Part shown: positions 10,181 to 20,700 of the stretch, one piece after another | Layout of the letters: each line of letters opens with the position of its first letter | Numbering within the stretch: the stretch's first letter is position 1 | NCBI GenBank assembly: GCA_963545855.1 | Contig: CAUULA010000001.1 | Coordinates: 9,518-73,517, forward strand | DNA length: 64,000 bases | Direction of reading: 5' to 3' | Source: an uncultured Prevotella sp. | GTDB lineage: Bacteria; Bacteroidota; Bacteroidia; Bacteroidales; Bacteroidaceae | Notes under the pieces: model-generated | The model's input: the letters and a program-made list of their open reading frames with translations, nothing else | Databases searched by the model: none | What the model was told of the DNA's origin: nothing | Program-made: the position numbers and the translations under genes

Positions 10181-12661
10181 ATGAAAAGTGTCATGAATAT
10201 AACGACTCTCATGTGCGCGGCCATTGCCGCCGCTGTGTTTTTGCCGGCAGAAGCAGCCGGCACCGGTATAGAGAATCCTGTTGAGGGACGGTCGCTTGCC
10301 GACACATCCCGTGTGGTCGACCTCGACGAGGTCCTTATCATCACCCAGCCTAAGGAGAGTTTCCGACTGCGCCAGCAGCCTCTCAGCTCTTCCATGTATT
10401 CTGCCCGCGACCTGTCGGCTATGGGAGCGCGCGACCTTCGGGAGCTGTCGGCATTTGTGCCGTCGTTCACAATGCCCAGCTATGGCTCCCGCTATACCTC
10501 GTCGATGTATGTGCGGGGAATCGGAAGCCGTGTCAACAGTCCGGCCGTGGGCATCTATGTCGACGGGGTTCCGGTGATGAGCAAGAGTGCTTTCAATCAG
10601 CATTACTATGCCATAGACCGTGTGGATGTACTGCGCGGGCCGCAGAGCACCTTATACGGACTGAACACCGAAGGCGGGATGGTGCGCATGTACACTCGCA
10701 ACCCGTTCTCCTATCAGGGCACGGACATGGAACTTGGATGGGGCACGCGTGGTTGGCGGAATGCCGAACTGACCCATTATAATAAGGTGAACGACAGGTT
10801 TGCGTTTTCCGCTGGTGGCTTTTATGACGGCCAGAACGGATTTTTCCGTAACCAAACGACGGGCGACCGTGCTGATAAGTTCAATGAGGCGGGTGGCAGA
10901 CTTCGCCTGATGTGGCGGCCGATGCAGCGTCTCTCGCTCGAGGCGTTCGCTGATTACCAGTATGTAGACCAGAACGGATTCCCCTACGGGCAGCTCAACC
11001 TTGAGACAGGAAAGGCCGATTCACCTGCTTCCACCTATCAGGGCTCCTACCGCCGCAATACGCTCGTCTCTGGTCTGAATGTCGGCTTCAGGGCCAATCA
11101 CTTCGATTTGCACTATACAACGAGCTATCAATGGCTGAAGGATTACATGATGATGGACCAAGATTACTTGCCCGCCGACTACATGCACCTAAAGCAATGG
11201 CAGCTCCAGAACGCCATGACGCATGAGCTTTCATTAAAAAGCAACCGCCCGGTGGGCAGTTTCTGGCACTGGACTCTCGGTGCTTTCTTCTCTGCCCAGT
11301 GGCTTCGTACGGACGGGCCGGTGTTCTTTGACGCTGACATGAACCACATGATGCATGGCATGCTTCAGCCGATGATAGAACCGATGATGTATAATGCCAT
11401 CTTCGAGGCCTTTAAAAGACGCATGATAGGACAGGGTGTTCCTCCTGCGGCGGCACCTGCCGCCGCCGCTGCCGCCATCGAAAAGGCCGGTGGGGTGCAT
11501 GTTACGGGCGTGGAGATGGGTGCTCCCGGCATCTATCGCACTCCGCAGTTCAACCTTGGATTCTATCATGAGTCGAACTTCGATGTTACCCGCAACCTCA
11601 CCGCTACGCTCGGTCTGCGCTATGATTGGACGCATGCGAAGATAGCCTATGAGGCTTCTACCTTCATAGGAGTGCGTGCGAGCGTGCTTGGCAAGGACGC
11701 CACGCGCTATCTTACCTCGTCGATCTCCGACCTTCTGAAGGACAACTTCAATCAGTTGCTCCCCAAATTCGGCCTCACCTACAGGTTCCGGGACGGCAAT
11801 GTATATGCCACCGTTACCAAGGGCTATCGTTCAGGCGGCTACAATATCCAGATGTTTGCCGACATTCTTCAGAACGATGTCATGGGAGCTGTCCGTGCCC
11901 GGCGGATTGACATGGGCCAGTTTGCCAGCGGCGATATCAATATCGAACATACGGAAGCCGACTATCAGGATATAGCCAAGACCATCTCTTATGAGCCGGA
12001 GGTGAGCTGGAACTATGAGGCAGGTACTCATCTGAACCTCTTCCAGCACACTCTTCAACTCGATTTCTCTGCCTTCTACATGCAGGTGAGCAACCAGCAG
12101 ATAGCCATTATGGCACCGGGCTTCAGCTACGGGCGCATGATGACCAATGCCGGCAAGAGCTATAGTGCAGGCATGGAGGCCGTCCTGCATGGCGCGGCCT
12201 TTGACAATCATTTCGACTGGTCGCTCTCTTATAGCTTCACGCATGCCAAGTTTAAGGAGTACATGGACCAACAGACCCTGAACGGGGCGCCCGTTGCGCT
12301 CGACTATAGTGGCAACTATGTGCCCTATGTGCCGCAGCATCAGCTGGCAGCACTTGCCGACTATCGTTTTGACATCGGCGGCTCGTGGCTCAGGAATATC
12401 ACCATCGGAGCGAACATGAACGCACAGGGAAAGACCTACTGGAACGAGGCCAACAGCTATTCTCAGAAGTTCTATGCGCTGCTCGGCGCCCATGCCGACG
12501 CCGACTTCGGCCCCGTGAAGCTCTGCCTCTGGGCCCGGAACCTGACCAGCGCGAACTATAACACCTTCGCCGTCGGCAGCAGTGCCACCCGCAGACAGGA
12601 GTATTTTGCGCAGCGAGGCACCCCGTTCCAAATGGGCGTAGACTTAAAGTTCCACTTTTGA
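10181..12661 (+). CDS. TonB-dependent outer-membrane receptor
   Basis: Signal peptide, plug motifs (YVRGIG, IYVDGVP, VDVLRGPQSTLYG), beta-barrel ending in aromatic F; start moved downstream of the -7 element. Confidence 0.92.
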   Translation: MKSVMNITTLMCAAIAAAVFLPAEAAGTGIENPVEGRSLADTSRVVDLDEVLIITQPKESFRLRQQPLSSSMYSARDLSAMGARDLRELSAFVPSFTMPSYGSRYTSSMYVRGIGSRVNSPAVGIYVDGVPVMSKSAFNQHYYAIDRVDVLRGPQSTLYGLNTEGGMVRMYTRNPFSYQGTDMELGWGTRGWRNAELTHYNKVNDRFAFSAGGFYDGQNGFFRNQTTGDRADKFNEAGGRLRLMWRPMQRLSLEAFADYQYVDQNGFPYGQLNLETGKADSPASTYQGSYRRNTLVSGLNVGFRANHFDLHYTTSYQWLKDYMMMDQDYLPADYMHLKQWQLQNAMTHELSLKSNRPVGSFWHWTLGAFFSAQWLRTDGPVFFDADMNHMMHGMLQPMIEPMMYNAIFEAFKRRMIGQGVPPAAAPAAAAAAIEKAGGVHVTGVEMGAPGIYRTPQFNLGFYHESNFDVTRNLTATLGLRYDWTHAKIAYEASTFIGVRASVLGKDATRYLTSSISDLLKDNFNQLLPKFGLTYRFRDGNVYATVTKGYRSGGYNIQMFADILQNDVMGAVRARRIDMGQFASGDINIEHTEADYQDIAKTISYEPEVSWNYEAGTHLNLFQHTLQLDFSAFYMQVSNQQIAIMAPGFSYGRMMTNAGKSYSAGMEAVLHGAAFDNHFDWSLSYSFTHAKFKEYMDQQTLNGAPVALDYSGNYVPYVPQHQLAALADYRFDIGGSWLRNITIGANMNAQGKTYWNEANSYSQKFYALLGAHADADFGPVKLCLWARNLTSANYNTFAVGSSATRRQEYFAQRGTPFQMGVDLKFHF

Positions 12662-12683
12662 GAACCTATTTTGATTGATTTTT

Positions 12684-12712
12684 GGGCAGTCTCGCAGGGA
12701 GACTGCCCTTTT
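12684..12712 (+). terminator. Intrinsic terminator
   Basis: GGGCAGTCTC-GCAGG-GAGACTGCCC followed by TTTT, between convergent genes. Confidence 0.8.
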
Positions 12713-12738
12713 CCGTTGAGGGACAAATGGCGGGCAGC

Positions 12739-13986
12739 TTATTTCACGAGAGCCTCGCAGAGCCTGCGCTGATAGACATGCGCGTCGAGCACCGACATCT
12801 CCGAGTCCATGATGGCAAAGGCCAACAGATGGCCGTTGCTGCCCTCGCAGTAGCCCGCCAGCGAGCTGATGCCGTAGGGGTGGGAGAGCGTTCCGGTCTT
12901 CGCCCGAATCTTGCCGCGCGTGGCCGGATGAGTCATCATGCGGGCAAGGGTACCGTCGGTGCCGGCCAGCGAGAGCTGGTCGTGGAGCAGTCGGTAGATG
13001 GGCTTGCGATGATAGCCGTAGCGGAGCACGGCCGTGAGCACCTTCGGCGAGAGCCGGTTGTGGGTGCAGAGTCCGCATCCGTCGTGTATCACGAGGTCTT
13101 TTGCCATGAATCCGAGATTCTGGCGGAGGAATTTTCGCAGATAGCTCACGCCGCATGCCGTGGGTTCTCCTTGCCGGTTCACCCGGTGCCCGATGGTGTA
13201 GAGCATGGCCGTGGCCTGCGTATTGGAGCTGTTTTTCCACATGCGCCGGGTAATCATGCTGATGGGGCGCACATATTTATAAATGAGCCTCGAGCCGCGG
13301 GGCAGCCTTCCCCGCACTATCTGGCTGTCGGCCACTTGTATGCCCTGTGCCCTCATGGCCAGCTTCAGCTCTCGCATCACGCGCGGAGAGCCCTTATAGA
13401 GGAGCCCGTATTTGGAGAAACTCAAATCCCACGGATACCAGTGGGCTTCGCTCTTCACGGGCTCCGTGATGACGAGGTCGGCTATCAGCCGGCCGTCTAT
13501 CTTGCGGATACCCCTCTTTTGGAGAGCCCGGGCAAAGCGGCTGAGGTCTGCCGGATTGAGCTGAGGGTCGAGGCAGCCCTTGAAGGTGGCATCGCCGTGC
13601 AGCGTGCCATCCGCCACGGTGCCCCGCACATGCATCGAGGTCTCATAGTGGTAGCCGCTGCCGAGCAAGTGCAGGCCCGCCACTCCGCTCAGTAGCTTCA
13701 GGCAGGAGGCCGACGGGAGAGACAGGTTCTCGTTGACGCCATGCACCGGTTGGTCGGCCGTGAGGTCGAATACATAGAAGGCAAACTGCCCTTTCGCCCT
13801 CGGCGTTTCTGCAAACCGGGCAAGGCGCGTCTTCAAGGCGGTGTCAATCTGAATGGTCTCTTTCTTTGTCGTTTCCGGTCTTGTGTCTTTGTTTTTCCTG
13901 CTTCCGCCGCAGCCGGCGAGCATGACGGCGACGACCGCAAGACAGGCCGTGCTGCTCAGCTTATAGAGATTGTGATTCATTTTCAT
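12739..13986 (-). CDS. dacB: D-alanyl-D-alanine carboxypeptidase/endopeptidase (PBP4, peptidase S13), lipoprotein
   Basis: PSASCLK (SxxK), SSN (SxN), KTG motifs; LAGC lipobox; -7 element on minus at 14003-14010. Confidence 0.88.
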   Translation of the reverse strand: MKMNHNLYKLSSTACLAVVAVMLAGCGGSRKNKDTRPETTKKETIQIDTALKTRLARFAETPRAKGQFAFYVFDLTADQPVHGVNENLSLPSASCLKLLSGVAGLHLLGSGYHYETSMHVRGTVADGTLHGDATFKGCLDPQLNPADLSRFARALQKRGIRKIDGRLIADLVITEPVKSEAHWYPWDLSFSKYGLLYKGSPRVMRELKLAMRAQGIQVADSQIVRGRLPRGSRLIYKYVRPISMITRRMWKNSSNTQATAMLYTIGHRVNRQGEPTACGVSYLRKFLRQNLGFMAKDLVIHDGCGLCTHNRLSPKVLTAVLRYGYHRKPIYRLLHDQLSLAGTDGTLARMMTHPATRGKIRAKTGTLSHPYGISSLAGYCEGSNGHLLAFAIMDSEMSVLDAHVYQRRLCEALVK

Positions 13987-14088
13987 ATCCGTTTACGGAA
14001 TGCAAAAATACAAATAAAAAACGAGAAGCATGCTGTCCGGAATCCTAATAAACCTGAAAGTTTCCTTGTTTTGTGTTCCGAAGCGGGA

Positions 14089-14149
14089 TTACACGATGCG
14101 TGTAACAGGATTACACGCTGCTTGTAACGAGGTTACACACCGCTTGTAA
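14089..14149. repeat. 22-bp-period palindromic array (family A), 3 units
   Basis: TTACA-N7-TGTAA units start at 14089, 14111, 14133; spacers CAGGA, CGAGG. Confidence 0.92.
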
Positions 14150-14272
14150 TCCTGCCGCCCCTTGTCTTTTGCAGCGGCAACGGAAACAAGCGGAGTTTCA
14201 AGAAGAGGCATAAAAACATTCATATTTTCATAAAACCTTGTTTTTTAAGGTGTTCGTTTGCCGATTTTTTAT

Positions 14273-14280
14273 TATATTTG
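14273..14280 (+). promoter_or_regulatory. -7 promoter element for the tubulin-like/actin-like operon
   Basis: TATATTTG upstream of the lipoprotein gene. Confidence 0.6.
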
Positions 14281-14312
14281 CAACTATGTTTACAAATATA
14301 TTGTCTAAAGGC

Positions 14313-15704
14313 ATGATGAAAACAACAAAGAGACTCTTGCTTGCGCTCTTCCTGACGGCCGTCGTGGTTTCGTGCGGCGACAAGAGTCAGAAAGAGTTCG
14401 GCCGGCTGTTAACAGAACTGGCAGGGCAGGATGAGACCGTAGACCGGGCCGACTGGCAGCGGATAGCCGACTTTCTGGACAAGAACAAGGCCCACTTCAG
14501 CGACCTCTACGACGGGAACGGGCTGAAGGCGGAGGCCGTGAAGGAATATATACAGGACTTCTTCGACCACAGGCGCCCTGCCAAGGATATCAGCTTTGCG
14601 GGTATCGATGAGGAGCCGCTGTCGTTCCGCATCTTCCTGGAGCAGAGCGGCTCGATGACGCCTTACGACTCTCCGAGCGGCGACGGTTCGTTCAAGGCGG
14701 CCGTGATGGCCCTTCAGAACAATCTGCCCGGTAAGGCCGAGGTGGAGCATATAGGAGAGAAAGGGTATACCGACTTCCGCTCCATCTTCGACGATTTGCT
14801 GAATAATACGAAGGAAAACGAGATAAGCATCCTCGTTACCGACATGATCTATTCGGTGAAGGACATGCAGGGCGTGAATCCGCAGAAGGTGTTCAGCGAG
14901 GCGCAGGGCATGATCAACTCCGTGTTCAAGGAGGCGGTGGAGAAGAAAGCCATGCTCGTGGTGAAGATGAATGCCTCGTATAACGGGCCTTATTATAGCT
15001 ACGACAACTCGGTGCGGCAGTATAACGGCCGCCGGCCCTATTACATCGTGGTCGTGGGCGATAATCGCAACATGTCCCGCCTGACGCGCGACCGTCAGCT
15101 GGCTGCCTTTGCCGACTTCAAGGCTCTGCGTGGCTATGAGAACATGTATCTCTATGAAGCCCGCCATTTGTATGCGCCTTATTACTCGCTCCTATTGAGC
15201 AACGACGATATCCGCGGCCGTTTCCAGCCGGAGCGGGGGCAGGAGTCGCGCATCACGCGCATCCAGAGCGTGGAACTCGACAAGAACAGCGGCGACCTGC
15301 AGCTGGCGCTTGCCGTAGACCTGAGCGGCATGCTCATCGACGAGAGTTATCTCACCGACGCCTCCAACTATGAGGTGGAGAGCAGCGACGCGGTGAAGAT
15401 CAGGCAGATTCGCCGAGTAACGCCTAAGGATGCCACGCCCGCCGAAAAGAAATACATCGGCAAAGGCACCCACATCTTTGTGCTTTCGATGAGTGGATTT
15501 GCACACGATCAGGAGGTGAAAGTCAAGCTCATGAACCGTCTGCCCAGGTGGATAGCTGAAAGTTCTACGGACAACGATCTGCGCGTGGACGGCCACACCA
15601 CCTTCGGACTCCGCTATCTGCTGGAGGGAATCTATGACAGCTACAGGCGCATGAGCGGCGGCGAGCCGGAATATTTTGAATTTGAACTGAACTTGGAAAG
15701 ATAA
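14313..15704 (+). CDS. Lipoprotein with a probable vWA-like domain
   Basis: MMKTTKRLLLALFLTAVVVSC lipobox; FRIFLEQSGSM resembles MIDAS DxSxS and ISILVTD resembles the vWA strand-4 TD motif; start chosen at ATG 14313. Confidence 0.7.
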   Translation: MMKTTKRLLLALFLTAVVVSCGDKSQKEFGRLLTELAGQDETVDRADWQRIADFLDKNKAHFSDLYDGNGLKAEAVKEYIQDFFDHRRPAKDISFAGIDEEPLSFRIFLEQSGSMTPYDSPSGDGSFKAAVMALQNNLPGKAEVEHIGEKGYTDFRSIFDDLLNNTKENEISILVTDMIYSVKDMQGVNPQKVFSEAQGMINSVFKEAVEKKAMLVVKMNASYNGPYYSYDNSVRQYNGRRPYYIVVVGDNRNMSRLTRDRQLAAFADFKALRGYENMYLYEARHLYAPYYSLLLSNDDIRGRFQPERGQESRITRIQSVELDKNSGDLQLALAVDLSGMLIDESYLTDASNYEVESSDAVKIRQIRRVTPKDATPAEKKYIGKGTHIFVLSMSGFAHDQEVKVKLMNRLPRWIAESSTDNDLRVDGHTTFGLRYLLEGIYDSYRRMSGGEPEYFEFELNLER

Positions 15705-15705
15705 A

Positions 15706-16149
15706 ATGAAGAAGGGAATGTTTTTGGTTGCGGGAGCAGTCATTACGCTGCTTTACCTGCTGCTCGGGACTCCTCTCTATGAGGCACTCTATTACGAGCG
15801 GGAATTCTCTAACGAGATGTATAACGAAAACTTGTATCTCACGGTTTCCATCGTTACCACCCTGGTGGCATGGGGCTTTGCGGGTATCTATTATTATGTG
15901 GTCAACAGCGTGAGCTTCTCACGCTGGTATCACTGGCTCATCGTGCTCATAGCGGCATGCATAGCGGCTCCGCTCATCAATTTTGCCTATCCCGTCTCCA
16001 TCTTCAAGGGGCTGGGCTATGACTTCAGCGCGCAGCTCTTCAGTTTCTGCATGGTCGACCTGGCCATCGAGGCGATACTCTTTATCGTGGTGTCGTTCTC
16101 CATTCGCTGGTGGTCGTCTAACTGCCGCCATACACCGATACCAGAATAA
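15706..16149 (+). CDS. Small integral membrane protein (about 4 TM helices), unknown function
   Basis: Four hydrophobic stretches; 1 nt from the upstream gene. Confidence 0.8.
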   Translation: MKKGMFLVAGAVITLLYLLLGTPLYEALYYEREFSNEMYNENLYLTVSIVTTLVAWGFAGIYYYVVNSVSFSRWYHWLIVLIAACIAAPLINFAYPVSIFKGLGYDFSAQLFSFCMVDLAIEAILFIVVSFSIRWWSSNCRHTPIPE

Positions 16150-16161
16150 AGACTGACGACT

Positions 16162-17706
16162 ATGAGACTTTTTATATTCTTAGTGGGGGGAACGGGAAGC
16201 CGCGTCATGCGGCCTCTCATCATGCAGCTGGCTGCCGGCATCCATCCCCTGAACGAAACAGGACAGCCCATGCCACTCGAAATAGTGCCCATCATCGTCG
16301 ACCCTCACAAGGCCAACGAGGACCTGAAACGCACGGAAAACCTGCTGCGCTGGTATAAGCAGATTCGCCATCAGCTCTATGGCGACTCGGCGGATGTGCC
16401 CCGGGGATTTTTCTCGGTGAAGATATCCAGCCTCTCGGACATCATTCCCAACGGATCGGGCCTCAGCGACACTTTCCTCTTCAACATGGGGAGCATCGCC
16501 TCGAAGAAATTTCAGGACTTCATCTCCTACAGCACGCTCGACTCGGCCAACCAGGCACTGGCCTCGATGATGTTCTCCGGCTATCAGCTGGACACGAAGA
16601 TGGATATCGGATTCGTGGGAAGTCCGAACATCGGCAGCGTGGCACTGAACCAGTTTAAGGACTCAGAGGAGTTCCGCCAGTTCTCGAATGTGTTTCAGAA
16701 GACCGACCGCATCTTCGTCGTGTCGAGCATTTTCGGTGGAACAGGGGCGGCGGGATACCCTATTATCGTGAAGAACATCCGTAATGCGGGGCGCAATGCG
16801 GCCATCAATAACCGCGGAGACTTGCGTGACGCGAAGATAGGAGCGCTCACCGTGCTTCCTTACTTCAATGTGCAGCAGGATGAGAACAGCCCTATCTCAC
16901 GGGCTGATTTTATCTCGAAGACCAAGAGTGCGCTCTTCTATTATCACGATAACCTGACAGGATTGCGTGAGGATGGGGTAGACCTGCCCTTCTCGAAGGT
17001 CAATGCCTGCTATTATCTGGGAGATGAGGTGCCGTCGAATCCTTACTTCAACGATCCCGGAGGCAACGGCCAGCGCAACGATGCCCATGTGGTGGAGTAT
17101 GTGGGAGCCTTGTCGGTGCTTGACTTTCTCTCTATTCCCGACGACCAGCTCGTTACCGTGGACGGCAATGCGCAGAGCCCGATTTACAAGGAATACGGGC
17201 TTTCAGAAGACAAAGGCACGCTGAGCCTGAAGACTTTTGCTCTCTCGACGCGCTCCTTGGTCAATCGTCAGCTTGTCAAGTTCCACCTTGCTTATATGTA
17301 CATCACTCATCAGCTGAAGCAAGACATAGGGCGAGGATATACCGAGGACAGGCCTGAAATAGGCAACGGATTCCTCTCCACCTCGTTCTTCAACACCTTG
17401 ACGGGCAGCTTTTTCGTGGCTTATCGCCAGTGGTTGAAGGAACTGCGGGGCAATCATCGTGCCTTTATCCCCTTTAACCTCGACACGGAGAAGCTCAGCG
17501 AAGCTATCTCCGGAATACAGCCGAAGAGCGGGATATTTAAGTCTGCCATCGACTACAAGACCCTTTTGTCGGCTCTTAACAAGGCATCACAACAGGCCAT
17601 GAAGGCCAATAAGTATGGCAATGGCCGTGTGGCGTTCAAGCTCTTCGACCTGTTGGACGAGACATTAGACCAGTTGCTTGATGAAAAATATAATGGAATC
17701 GTATAA
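16162..17706 (+). CDS. Divergent tubulin/FtsZ-like GTPase (Tubulin_2/FtsZ-like type)
   Basis: N-terminal VGGTGSRV, GFVGSPNIG (T3-like), SSIFGGTGAAG signature loop, TVLPYF (T5-like). Confidence 0.85.
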   Translation: MRLFIFLVGGTGSRVMRPLIMQLAAGIHPLNETGQPMPLEIVPIIVDPHKANEDLKRTENLLRWYKQIRHQLYGDSADVPRGFFSVKISSLSDIIPNGSGLSDTFLFNMGSIASKKFQDFISYSTLDSANQALASMMFSGYQLDTKMDIGFVGSPNIGSVALNQFKDSEEFRQFSNVFQKTDRIFVVSSIFGGTGAAGYPIIVKNIRNAGRNAAINNRGDLRDAKIGALTVLPYFNVQQDENSPISRADFISKTKSALFYYHDNLTGLREDGVDLPFSKVNACYYLGDEVPSNPYFNDPGGNGQRNDAHVVEYVGALSVLDFLSIPDDQLVTVDGNAQSPIYKEYGLSEDKGTLSLKTFALSTRSLVNRQLVKFHLAYMYITHQLKQDIGRGYTEDRPEIGNGFLSTSFFNTLTGSFFVAYRQWLKELRGNHRAFIPFNLDTEKLSEAISGIQPKSGIFKSAIDYKTLLSALNKASQQAMKANKYGNGRVAFKLFDLLDETLDQLLDEKYNGIV

Positions 17707-20700
17707 TGAGCAAGATATTAAGTTATAACAATAAGACCACAGGTGAGGGGTGGATACCGTTGAACACGCAGTATAATGCCGATGAAATCGACATGATAAG
17801 CGACCCTAACGGGGGACTTTCACAGAAACCGCGCACGGCTATTCCGTCTCCGTTTGCCCAGATGGACCTTGTGAAGAACGCCTTTTCCCGTCTGGCGTCG
17901 CATGCCGTCCTGCAGGGAGAGGCCATGGATGAGAAGCTCGTGTCCAATGCCCTTGACATTGCGCAGCTCTTCTTCTCATATCCGGAACTTAAGAACCGGC
18001 TTCATATCATCGAGTGGAACCGTGATGTGGAACTGCCCAAGTTGTTGTCCGATCCGCAGCATAAGCTCTTCGGCGAGACTCTGAAGATGTTTCTGGAGCA
18101 GGATAAGGAAGCATTCAACTTCGACAGAATGGATCGCCTTTACTTCCTTTGCTACGGTAATCAGGTTGTCGGGAGCACATCGCCGGTAACGCTGTTCATG
18201 CCTTCGCCCAATGCGGAGCCTCATTCTATACCGTTGCCGGTGGAGCAGAATGTGAATCTCTTCGACTTTTGGCGCCCGCTCCATGTGCGCAACGAGAAGT
18301 TTGTCATGTATATCTATGCGCTCTTCACGGCTTATCCGGAGCTTAAGAGGAGCTGCGGCGAGGTGAATCATTATCTCATTACAAGCTTTCAGATGCTCTC
18401 GCAAGGCCTTCGCGACGCGATTCTCAAGGAGATAGGCAATCCCGAGGCCATGGATATGCAGGCTGTAGAGCATGCGAAGGGCTATCTGGATGCTAACTTC
18501 CAACAGATGGACGAGGGTGTCCAGGTGCTCGGCGTGCCTTTCTACTGCGTCCGTCAGGAGGATGTCTTGAAAGCCATTGAGAACAGCGACTTTGTCATTG
18601 TGCCCACGCGGGAGGTGGGAGAGAGGCTTCCTCTGGTGCTCCAGAACCACCTGAACGCACCGCAGACTGATCCGTTTCTCTATATCACGACGGCCTGGAC
18701 GGATGCTACGGTCATCACTCCGACAGATTATGCGCCTGCTCCAGACAAGCGCGTGCTCCCCGCCACGAGCCATCAATATCCATGGCTTACGGCCGACGAC
18801 TTCTTCCAACCGTCGCTCATCAAGCTCGATTACCGCATGGACGGCGACTGTTTCTTTGATGGGAACCTGTCGATAGGCTCTCGCGAGACCGACGACTGCG
18901 ACTTCGTGTTGCCTCTGAAGCCGCTCTTCTTCAAATATTTCAATGTGAATGACCTATGGGGCACCATCGGCGGGCGGCCCAAGTTTGAACTTATACACAC
19001 GCAGACCGGCTCCGTGGAGAGCGTGAAGGCGGTTCTGCGCGTTCCTGTAAAGAAGCAGGGCAGGTATATCACGCTGGAACGCACCTATGTAGCGGCCCAT
19101 AATGTAGACCTCGGCTATGATGTGAAGAACGACCGGGGATATTTCATCACCGTGCCGTTCGCACTGAGCGTGTTCCCATTTGTGCACACCCAGGGCCTGA
19201 AGCAGTATAATGTTCAACTGGTAGACCGTGCCCTCGGCATGCTTGAAAACTATCGCCTGGCTCTTGATTTTTACAAGAACGGATACCGTAATCAGGTTCC
19301 CGACAATGATGTCATTGCCCGCGAGCGTAGCCTGAAGTCGGAGAAGCGTGTGGGAAGTTGCTATTATAGGCTGGCCGGCGATTTCGATTACATCAATGTC
19401 TCGCTCTCCGACGAGCGTGGAAACAAGGTGGCCGAGGGAGCAGTCTGCCCCAAATGGCCCGACTATATACCCGGTCATGACGCCTTCACATTCGCCGTAG
19501 ACTTCGGTACGACCAACACCCATGTGGAGTGCATGAAGGGCGACGACATGCCGGAGCCGCTGCGGATAGACCTGGCAGGGAGAAACCGGATGCTCGCAAC
19601 TTTGTATAATGGCTCGCAGGTGCTCTATGATGTCATCATCAAACAGGAATTCCTGCCGAAGGAAATCGGTGGAGACTACGGCTTCCCACAGCGCACGGTG
19701 CTCTCGGAGTGCGAGCGCATGGATGCCGTGAATGTCGACAATATCGTGGCTTTGGGAGATGCCGACATCCCGTTCATCTACGAAAAGGAGAGCATTGGCT
19801 ATGGCAATCGCATCGTGCCGAACCTGAAATGGTCGACGGAGATAGCCACGGGCAAGCGCATTCGTGCCTATCTGACGGAGATAGCCTTGCTGCTTCGCAC
19901 GAAGGTGTTCCTTGAAAACGGCGACATAGCCAAGACCCGCCTCGTGTGGTTCTATCCCCTGAGCATGAAAGTGGGCAATATCCGCAAGCTGGGAGAGACC
20001 TGGTCGAAGATCTTCAGCGAGGTATTCGGGATTCAGGCGACGGAGGCCAATCTCATCCAGATGCCCGAGAGCGTGGCTCCCTATTATTTCTATAAATGCT
20101 CCAGCCAGTTCCGGGGCGCGGCTTCTACCGTCGCGAGCATCGACATAGGTGGCGGTTCGAGCGATGTCGTTGTCTTCGAGTCGAACGCGCAGCAGCCAGC
20201 CTTTCTCACATCTTTCCGTTTTGCGGCCAATGTGCTCTTCGGCGACGGCTTCTCCGAGGTGCCCCATGGCGACACCAATCCGATGCTCGTGAGATATGTG
20301 GACTATTTCCGTCGGCTCTTCGACAGCGACGACGACAAGTATGGGGAGCTCAACGGCATCCTGGATGATATCACGGCCAAGCGCAAGAGCGAGGATATCA
20401 ATGCTTTCCTGTTCTCGGTGATTAATAATAAGGTGGTGAACGGGAACGAAGTGTTCTCTTACAACACGCGCCTCAACGAGGACGGCGACCGCAAGATAGC
20501 CTTCATCTATTTCTATGTGGCGCTCATCCATTATGTTGCTTGCATGATGAAGCATCGCCGGCTGGAGAAGCCCCGCAGCGTGATGTTTAGCGGAACGGGA
20601 AGCAAAGTGCTTGATATAGTAGGCTCGCAGCGAGATCTCGATTTGCTTACACAGGCAGTCTTCGAGCGTGTCTACGGTGAGCGGTATGACGCCGACGGCT

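Noticed and set aside
14089..14149. 22-bp arrays as mini-CRISPRs
   Set aside because: No unique spacers of CRISPR length (only 5-7 nt variable parts), no leader and no cas genes in the window
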